In this document: positions 7,150 to 12,675 of the stretch, piece after piece
Layout of the letters: each line of letters opens with the position of its first letter
How positions within the stretch are numbered: position 1 is the stretch's first letter
NCBI GenBank assembly: GCA_040756235.1
Contig: JBFLZG010000060.1
Location: forward strand, 1-12,675
Origin: a bacterium
GTDB taxonomy: Bacteria > Desulfobacterota > DSWW01
Direction of reading: 5' to 3'
Length of the DNA stretch: 12,675 bases
Position numbers and translations under genes: made by a program
Notes under the pieces: generated by a model
The model's input: the letters and a program-made list of their open reading frames with translations, nothing else
Told to the model about the DNA's origin: nothing
Databases searched by the model: none

Positions 7150-8411
7150 CCGATTTCCTGCCGTACGAACAGGACCGCGAGCCCGGACGCTGTGAAGGCA
7201 ACTGCAAAAAGAAGCAAAGCCGGGCCGTAACTCCCCCCGGTGTCAAAGACCCGGCCCGCGACGAGTGGTCCCCCGACTACGCCAAGCGCAAATCCGCTCA
7301 TGAGAAGACCGAGTAGTTTGCTGAAGTTCAGCAGGCCGAAGCAGCGGCCGGCGAGGACCGGCAGCAAGACCGAGGTGCCCCCCATCGACAACCCATACAA
7401 AACCGCGAACGGCAGGAGGCTGGCGGCAGAATGTATGCCCAGATGCAAGAAGAAGATCAGCAGAATCGCCACCGCCAGACCGTGACACATATTCGTGAAA
7501 GCCATCAGGTTTGTGGGATTCCGGCGATCGGCGAGGAGCCCGAACAGGACCCGGCCGAATACGCTGCACCCTATGGCCAATCCCCAGAACGTTGCGGCTG
7601 CTTGGGACGACACGCCGGCATCGTCAACGAACGCAACGAAATGGACAGTAAGACCCGATGCGCCGAAGATTTGCAGCACATAGGCAACGAAGAGCAGCCA
7701 GAAAGAGGCAGTGGCCAGCGCGCGTCTGACGGACAGACCCGCCACCTTCTCTTCTTTCCGGGCACCGTGAGTCTTCTGTCGGCCTTCCGGAGGGCACATG
7801 CCGTCGGGCTGCAAGCCGACTTCGGAAGGTCGGGTGCGAACCACCCACGCGGCAAGCGGGACTACGATGAAGAGCAGCAGGAGACCCTCCATCCGAAAGG
7901 ACGTTCTCCAGCCGAGCTCTGTGATTACGGCGTTGGAGAGCGGAGGCATGGCAAGTCCGCCCAGACCGACGCCTGCCATCATGATTCCCATGGCCTTGCC
8001 GCGATCCTCGTCGAACCAGTTGGAGATCACGGCTTGGATCGGTATGGTCGTCATGCCTGCCGACCCGATCCCGGAGAGGACCATCAAGACGTAAAGCATC
8101 GGCAGACGGTTGAGTGAGCCAAGCAGGAAGAAACAGGCTCCGACAAGCAGAGCGGAGCAGGCGATGACGATGCGGGCTCCGCACTTGTCCATGCAGACAC
8201 CGACGAGAGGTCCCGACAAGCCGTACAGGAGAGCCCATAAGACCACCCCGAGGGAGATCGTGGTTCGGCTCCAGCCGAAATGTCCCTCGAGCGGCTTTAC
8301 AAAGACGCTGAATGAATAGAATGCGATGCCATGAGCGAAGAAGACGATTACAAAAGCAGCAGCCACGATCCGCCAGCCGTACAATACCCTCTTGTCACCG
8401 CGACGGTTCAT
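7113..8411 (-). CDS. MFS transporter (OFA/monocarboxylate porter-like)
   Basis: ATG8411 overlaps the PAP2 TGA (ATGA); 432 aa. YGWRIVAAAF, motif A GVCMDKCGAR, NWFDEDRGKAMG, GRVLFGLLADR; about 12 hydrophobic segments. Confidence 0.93.
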   Translation of the reverse strand: MNRRGDKRVLYGWRIVAAAFVIVFFAHGIAFYSFSVFVKPLEGHFGWSRTTISLGVVLWALLYGLSGPLVGVCMDKCGARIVIACSALLVGACFFLLGSLNRLPMLYVLMVLSGIGSAGMTTIPIQAVISNWFDEDRGKAMGIMMAGVGLGGLAMPPLSNAVITELGWRTSFRMEGLLLLFIVVPLAAWVVRTRPSEVGLQPDGMCPPEGRQKTHGARKEEKVAGLSVRRALATASFWLLFVAYVLQIFGASGLTVHFVAFVDDAGVSSQAAATFWGLAIGCSVFGRVLFGLLADRRNPTNLMAFTNMCHGLAVAILLIFFLHLGIHSAASLLPFAVLYGLSMGGTSVLLPVLAGRCFGLLNFSKLLGLLMSGFALGVVGGPLVAGRVFDTGGSYGPALLLFAVAFTASGLAVLFVRQEIGQRGEPACSFRR

Positions 8412-9490
8412 GGCGTGGCGGGACGCAGGTCGCCCGCGTCCGTCCGGTTCCTTGCCTCGAGGAGCCGCATGCGCGTGAACAGGAGCGGTGAGACCGCCAG
8501 ACACGCCCCGATGACAAGATATCGGCAGCAGGCGCCCAGGTTGCTCTCGGGCAGGACTGCAGCGAGACCGCGCCGCAGGCCCATCATCGAGGAAAGCCCG
8601 ATCACGACCACGGCCACGGCGAGCGGCAGGTTTCGTGCATGCCAGCGCATGGGGAGCGCCGAGTAGATGAAGACAAAGCCGAGGAGGAAGCCGCCAAGCG
8701 CGGCATACCTGAATGCTTCGGGCGTCGTGCACGCAAGCCCGAAATAACCTGCTGAGAGCGCCAGCGAGAGCAAGAGCTTGAGCGCCAGCGAGCGGCGGAA
8801 GGGCTCGCGCAAGCTCGAGTCACGCAGGTACGCGAGGATACCCGATACTCCGAGCACGAGCCCGAGCCCGCAGATGAGCCCGCCGATCGTATCGGTGAGA
8901 TAGTGTACGCCAAGATACAAGCGGCTTGCGATCAGCAGCGGGACAGGCAGCAGACAAAGCCACAAGGGTCTTGAGCCTTGGGTTTGAGGTTCACACTCAG
9001 GATCAGCCGACTTGCTGGAAAACGACCCGCGACCGCCCGGCAAGAATCCCCTGACAAGCGAGATTGCCAGCCATGCGTACAGCACTCCCCACTGGCCGTG
9101 CCCGCTGGGATAGCCATAACCGCCCGGATCATCGAGTCTGCTGATCAGGCTTTCCGGCGGTCTTGGAAGCTCGAACAAATCTTTCATCATGGAATTGAGC
9201 GCCAGGCCGAACAGAACCATGAGCGCAAAGGTGACTGCCTCGGCGGTATAACCGAGCCAGTAGAGGACGCAGATCACAACCATCAGCCCTGCCTCGTAAC
9301 CGAGCCAGCTGATGCCCCGCATCACCGGCGTGAGATAGATGGAGCGAAGCGAATCGGCGATCTCGGAGGTGCGCGTGTCCATGGCGTCAAATACGCCCGT
9401 GCTGTTCCGCAGCGCCCCCAGCACAAATGCAAGACCGATTGCGCCGACCGCCATCACAAGATACAGAGAGGTACGGGACTTCCGCTGCAT
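8408..9490 (-). CDS. PAP2-family integral membrane phosphatase
   Basis: C1 KDLFELPRP, C2 YPSGH, C3 SRLYLGVHYLTD; multiple TM helices with a C-terminal membrane extension. Start is ATG9490 or TTG9493. Confidence 0.93.
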   Translation of the reverse strand: MQRKSRTSLYLVMAVGAIGLAFVLGALRNSTGVFDAMDTRTSEIADSLRSIYLTPVMRGISWLGYEAGLMVVICVLYWLGYTAEAVTFALMVLFGLALNSMMKDLFELPRPPESLISRLDDPGGYGYPSGHGQWGVLYAWLAISLVRGFLPGGRGSFSSKSADPECEPQTQGSRPLWLCLLPVPLLIASRLYLGVHYLTDTIGGLICGLGLVLGVSGILAYLRDSSLREPFRRSLALKLLLSLALSAGYFGLACTTPEAFRYAALGGFLLGFVFIYSALPMRWHARNLPLAVAVVVIGLSSMMGLRRGLAAVLPESNLGACCRYLVIGACLAVSPLLFTRMRLLEARNRTDAGDLRPATP

Positions 9491-9519
9491 CAAATGGTGG
9501 CCCCCGGCCCCGGCGTGGC

Positions 9520-10302
9520 TTATATTCCGAACGCCTCGTAGTCGACCCCTCGAAGCCCCTGGCCGCCGTCAACGAACAAGACATGGCCGGTTACCCAATC
9601 GGAGCGGTCACTTGCCAGGAACAGAGCCGCCTCGGCGATGTCCGACGTTTTCCCCATTCGCCTGAGAGGGGTCTCGCGAACCACGGATTCCTTCCACATC
9701 GGCCGGTCCAGCCAGTGTTGGATAAAGGGCGTTTCCACTTCGCCCGGAGCGATTGCGTTGACGCGGATCTTGTCTTTCCCGAGCTCCACGGCGGCCACCT
9801 TCGTGAGCATGTTTACGGCCGCCTTGGCCGTACAGTAGGGCGCTGTGGTCCCACAGGGAACGACCGACGCCGCCGAGGAGAGCGTGATGATCTTTCCGCC
9901 GGTCTGCTGCTTGGCCATTTGGCGCGCCGCGGCCCGGATCCCGTAGAAGACGCTATGCAGCAACACAGCCAACAGCTCGTGCCAGCCCTCGTCGGTGAAG
10001 TTCACGATCGAGCTGCGACGCTGAAGGCCCGCGCCGTTCACGAGAATGTCCAGCCGACCGAATCTGCGGACGGCTTCTTCCACGCAAGCGTCAACCACGA
10101 CGCTCTTGGTCACGTCTGCGACGTATGCGTGCACGCGGTCCCCGGAGTCCTGAAACTCTGCTTCGGCTTGCTGCAAAGCGTCTGCGTTACGGTCAACCAG
10201 AAGCACCCGTGCGCCCTCTCGATGGAAAAGGCGCGCTATTTCCAGGTCGATGCCCGATGCCGCCCCCGTGATGACGGCTGCCTGATCTTGGAGCTCCGCC
10301 AT
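9520..10302 (-). CDS. SDR family NAD(P)-dependent oxidoreductase (Rossmann motif altered)
   Basis: TGAASGID, ADVT, FGRLDILVNGAG, SS...YCTAK (YxxxK), IRVNAIAPG, FLASD..VTG..LFVDGG. Confidence 0.92.
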   Translation of the reverse strand: MAELQDQAAVITGAASGIDLEIARLFHREGARVLLVDRNADALQQAEAEFQDSGDRVHAYVADVTKSVVVDACVEEAVRRFGRLDILVNGAGLQRRSSIVNFTDEGWHELLAVLLHSVFYGIRAAARQMAKQQTGGKIITLSSAASVVPCGTTAPYCTAKAAVNMLTKVAAVELGKDKIRVNAIAPGEVETPFIQHWLDRPMWKESVVRETPLRRMGKTSDIAEAALFLASDRSDWVTGHVLFVDGGQGLRGVDYEAFGI

Positions 10303-10305
10303 GGT

Positions 10306-10956
10306 TCAAATCCTTTCGCATGCAAGAGAGCTGAGGATCCTCTTTTTCAGCGCCTTCTTCATGGTTTGCCAATCCACCCCGAGGAATGCGGTTCTGGGGT
10401 TTGCCGTGGTCTTTCTGAGAGCGCTGGACGCCATACTCCACAGCATGATCGTTTCGAGGAACGGGTCCCTGACCTTGAACACGCCTTGCTTCATGCCCAG
10501 CTCAACGACGGAGACAGCCTCGTTGATGCACTCGAAGAACAGCCGATTGACCTCTTCGACCAGATTCTGCGGCAGTTCGTGTTGTGTTTCCCATCCGGAG
10601 TGAAAATGGTCCAGGATGTTCATGTACTCTCTGTGGGTCCTGGAAAACTCGGAATACTTGTCGAAGAAACGGCCGACGAGCTCTTCGGGGCTCGCATTCC
10701 TGTCGCGCAAGGTCCACCTGAGCTCGTCCCGCAACAGCCTGAGGCCGCATGTGAGGACCGAGATGTAGATCTCTTCTTTGCCTTTGAAGTGGTAGTAGAT
10801 CGCGCCCCGGGTGAGTCCGCTGGCTTTTTCGATGTCGTCGATCGTCGTCCGCTCGAATCCTTTTTCGAAAAATACCTTGCGCGCGGCGTCCACGATCTGC
10901 TGCCATCTCTCCCTTCTTCCTTGTTCTCCCCTCAGGCGCAGGCTCATATCGGTCAT
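10306..10956 (-). CDS. TetR/AcrR family transcriptional regulator
   Basis: HTH IVDAARKVFFEKGFERTTIDDIEKASGLTRGAIYYHFKGKEEIY. ATG10956 after GGAG (alternative ATG10947). 3-nt gap to the SDR gene. Confidence 0.95.
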   Translation of the reverse strand: MTDMSLRLRGEQGRRERWQQIVDAARKVFFEKGFERTTIDDIEKASGLTRGAIYYHFKGKEEIYISVLTCGLRLLRDELRWTLRDRNASPEELVGRFFDKYSEFSRTHREYMNILDHFHSGWETQHELPQNLVEEVNRLFFECINEAVSVVELGMKQGVFKVRDPFLETIMLWSMASSALRKTTANPRTAFLGVDWQTMKKALKKRILSSLACERI

Positions 10957-10970
10957 CTCTCCGCTCCAGG

Positions 10971-10993
10971 TTATCGTACTATTAGTATAATAA
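10971..10993. promoter_or_regulatory. Putative TetR operator 1 (23-bp imperfect palindrome)
   Basis: TTAT-cg-TACTA-t-TAGTA-ta-ATAA; overlaps the -10 box and predicted start site of the tetR promoter. Confidence 0.75.
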
Positions 10994-11012
10994 ATAAGGA
11001 TAGAAATGTCAA
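10984..11012 (-). promoter_or_regulatory. Sigma70-type promoter of the tetR-SDR-PAP2-MFS operon
   Basis: Minus strand TTGACA (11012-11007), 17-nt spacer, TATACT (10989-10984). Confidence 0.8.
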
Positions 11013-11035
11013 GGGAAAATTTGGAGGGTCCTCTC

Positions 11036-11064
11036 TTGCAAGAAATTTGCACGGGTACTATAAA
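11036..11064 (+). promoter_or_regulatory. Candidate divergent sigma70-type promoter toward the Spinster-like MFS
   Basis: TTGCAA (11036-11041), 17-nt spacer, TATAAA (11059-11064). A further TATAAT at 11105-11110 lacks an obvious -35. Confidence 0.45.
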
Positions 11065-11101
11065 ATTCTTTGCCTGGAAGGGCCCCTGAAACTTTCATAG
11101 A

Positions 11102-11123
11102 TATTATAATTTTAGTACGATAA
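11102..11123. promoter_or_regulatory. Putative TetR operator 2
   Basis: Reverse complement TTATCGTACTAaaatTATAATA matches 10971-10992 TTATCGTACTAttagTATAATA at 19/22; contains TATAAT. Confidence 0.7.
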
Positions 11124-11263
11124 ACTTCGATGAGCGGGCTTGGCGAGCAGCGCCTCTGCAACGCCCTCCGCAGCGCGGGCCGCTGCTGGCGGCCCCTGGA
11201 CAGGCCCTCTCCGGTTGGGCTATGTTGCGTCCCGATTAGATCCTCGATCCCCTGTGAGGAGCG

Positions 11264-12562
11264 ATGCCCCTCGAGAAGCACGCCGCGAAGCCGACCCGGA
11301 ATCCGCCTCATCCCGCGGGCGGCATCCGCTCGCACGCGGTCCTGTCTGTGCTGTTCCTCCTGTACATGTCGGATTACGTCGTCCGGTACGTTCCTTCGGG
11401 CATGATCGAGTTCCTCAAGAACGACTGGAGCATCACGGATGCGCAGGCAGGGTCGCTCATCAGCATCGTGCTCCTGTTCATCACGATCTTCACCATTCCG
11501 GCTTCGATCCTGATCGACCGTTGGAGCCGGCGCAAGATGATCGGCATCATGGCCTTCCTGTGGAGCCTCGCCTGTCTGAGCTGCGCCTGCACGAAGAGCT
11601 ATACGCAGCTCCTGGTCGCCCGGGCCTTTCTCGGCGTCGGCGAGGCCGGGTATGCGCCGGGCGGCATCGCCCTGCTGGCCGCGGCCTATCCGGAGGAGAA
11701 GCGCGCGCGGGTGCTGGGACTCTGGAACGTCTCCATCCCGCTGGGCGTCGGGATCGGGCTCATGGCCGGAGGGCAGATCGCAAAGGCCTGGGGGTGGCAG
11801 GCCGCCTTCGTGCTGGTAGCGCTTCCCGGGTTCCTGCTGGCCCTGGCCGCATGGTTTCTCCCCGACTACCGGACGGTCCGCGTCGAGGTCTCGGGGGCAG
11901 GCGCCGGGAGCCTCTCGGGCTTCCTGTCCCAGGCGGCCGGCATCCTGCGCGTCCGGGGTCTCCTCTTCACCTATCTCGGCTTTGCCATGAACGTGGCCAC
12001 CAGCACGGCCCTCATGACCTGGCTGCCCTCGTACTTCGAGCGGACAGGCGTCGTCCCGCCCGGGGAAGGCGGAATGTACACGATGCCGATCTTCGCCCTC
12101 ATCCTGGTGGGCGCGCCGCTGGGGGGCTTCCTCTCGGACGCGTGGCATCGCCGACGCAAGGAAGCGAGGCCGCTCTTTGCGGCGGGGAGCTCCGTTGCGG
12201 CCGCCGTCGTCCTTCTGGCCGCCCTCCTCCTGGAGGGGTCGAAGGCGCAGCTCGGAGTCCTGGGCTTTTACGGGATCTGCGCCGCCTTCTTCGTCGCGCC
12301 CGGCACGTCGGTCACTCAGGACCTCTCGCACCCGGGCCTGCGCGCCGTGAGCTACGGCATGTGCGTGATCATCCAGCACCTGTGCGGGGACGTCTGGTCG
12401 CCCTGGCTCGTGGGAGCGGCGAGCGACCGCTTCGGCCTCTCCCAGGCGCTCATGCTTCTGCCGATCCTCGGGATCCTGGGCGGCCTCTTCTTCTACGGCG
12501 CGGCCCGCCACTACGTTCGCGATCGCTCCAGAGTGGAGCGGGTGGAGCTCCGGATCGACTGA
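11264..12562 (+). CDS. MFS transporter, Spinster-like
   Basis: RBS GAGGAG; 432 aa. DYVVRY, TDAQAG, LIDRWSRRK, RAFLGVGEAGYAP, YPEEKRARVLG, GWQAAF, GGFLSD; about 12 TMs. Confidence 0.93.
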   Translation: MPLEKHAAKPTRNPPHPAGGIRSHAVLSVLFLLYMSDYVVRYVPSGMIEFLKNDWSITDAQAGSLISIVLLFITIFTIPASILIDRWSRRKMIGIMAFLWSLACLSCACTKSYTQLLVARAFLGVGEAGYAPGGIALLAAAYPEEKRARVLGLWNVSIPLGVGIGLMAGGQIAKAWGWQAAFVLVALPGFLLALAAWFLPDYRTVRVEVSGAGAGSLSGFLSQAAGILRVRGLLFTYLGFAMNVATSTALMTWLPSYFERTGVVPPGEGGMYTMPIFALILVGAPLGGFLSDAWHRRRKEARPLFAAGSSVAAAVVLLAALLLEGSKAQLGVLGFYGICAAFFVAPGTSVTQDLSHPGLRAVSYGMCVIIQHLCGDVWSPWLVGAASDRFGLSQALMLLPILGILGGLFFYGAARHYVRDRSRVERVELRID

Positions 12563-12630
12563 CCTCGCCCTTGAGGCGTGTGCGGGACTCAATCTTCGTG
12601 GCGTTGATTTCCCTACTCTGTGAGCTCTTT

Positions 12631-12671
12631 CCCTTCTCCCCTCGCCGAGGGGAGAAGGTCAGGATGAGGGG
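12631..12671. repeat. REP-like palindromic element
   Basis: 12-bp perfect stem CCTTCTCCCCTC (12632-12643), gcc loop, GAGGGGAGAAGG (12647-12658), then tail TCAGGATGAGGGG. The reverse complement has the CCCTCAnCCnnnCCyTCTCCC...GGGAGArGG form. Single copy in this window. Confidence 0.6.
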
Positions 12672-12675
12672 TGCA

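Noticed and set aside
130..12592. Long antisense or alternative-frame ORFs (e.g. 130-1023 -, 1369-2598 +, 2928-4007 +, 4794-6206 +, 5860-7149 +, 9427-11100 +, 11009-12592 -)
   Set aside because: Shadow ORFs of high-GC3 genes with no family motifs; only the last ~35 codons of 5860-7149 look genuinely coding.
1..12675. CRISPR array, integron cassette array or defence system
   Set aside because: No regularly spaced direct repeats. The hairpin elements lack attC RYYYAAC/GTTRRRY ends. No cas, integrase, RT or nuclease ORF.

Overview
GC-rich bacterial window; gene content and repeat type suggest a deltaproteobacterium (inference). Left to right: a Cys4 class I SAM methyltransferase (+); a stand-alone cobQ with its own sigma70-type promoter (-); an sCache_2 chemoreceptor with a sigma28-type promoter (-); an acetoacetate-decarboxylase-family gene plus an atypical acyl-CoA dehydrogenase (-); a 3' remnant of an FlhB-C-terminal-like gene (+); an apparently lower-GC TetR-SDR-PAP2-MFS operon (-); and a divergent Spinster-like MFS (+). 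The most distinctive non-coding signal is a hairpin/MITE-like element present twice (1-128, truncated by the window edge, and 2894-3077). The two copies show compensatory base-pair changes and different apical modules. The complete copy has nested terminal inverted repeats and a CTA duplication at the chemoreceptor stop codon. Twin TetR-type operators and a third REP-like palindrome are also visible. No CRISPR array, rRNA, tRNA, transposase or defence gene was found. All calls come from reading motifs by eye; no database searches were run.
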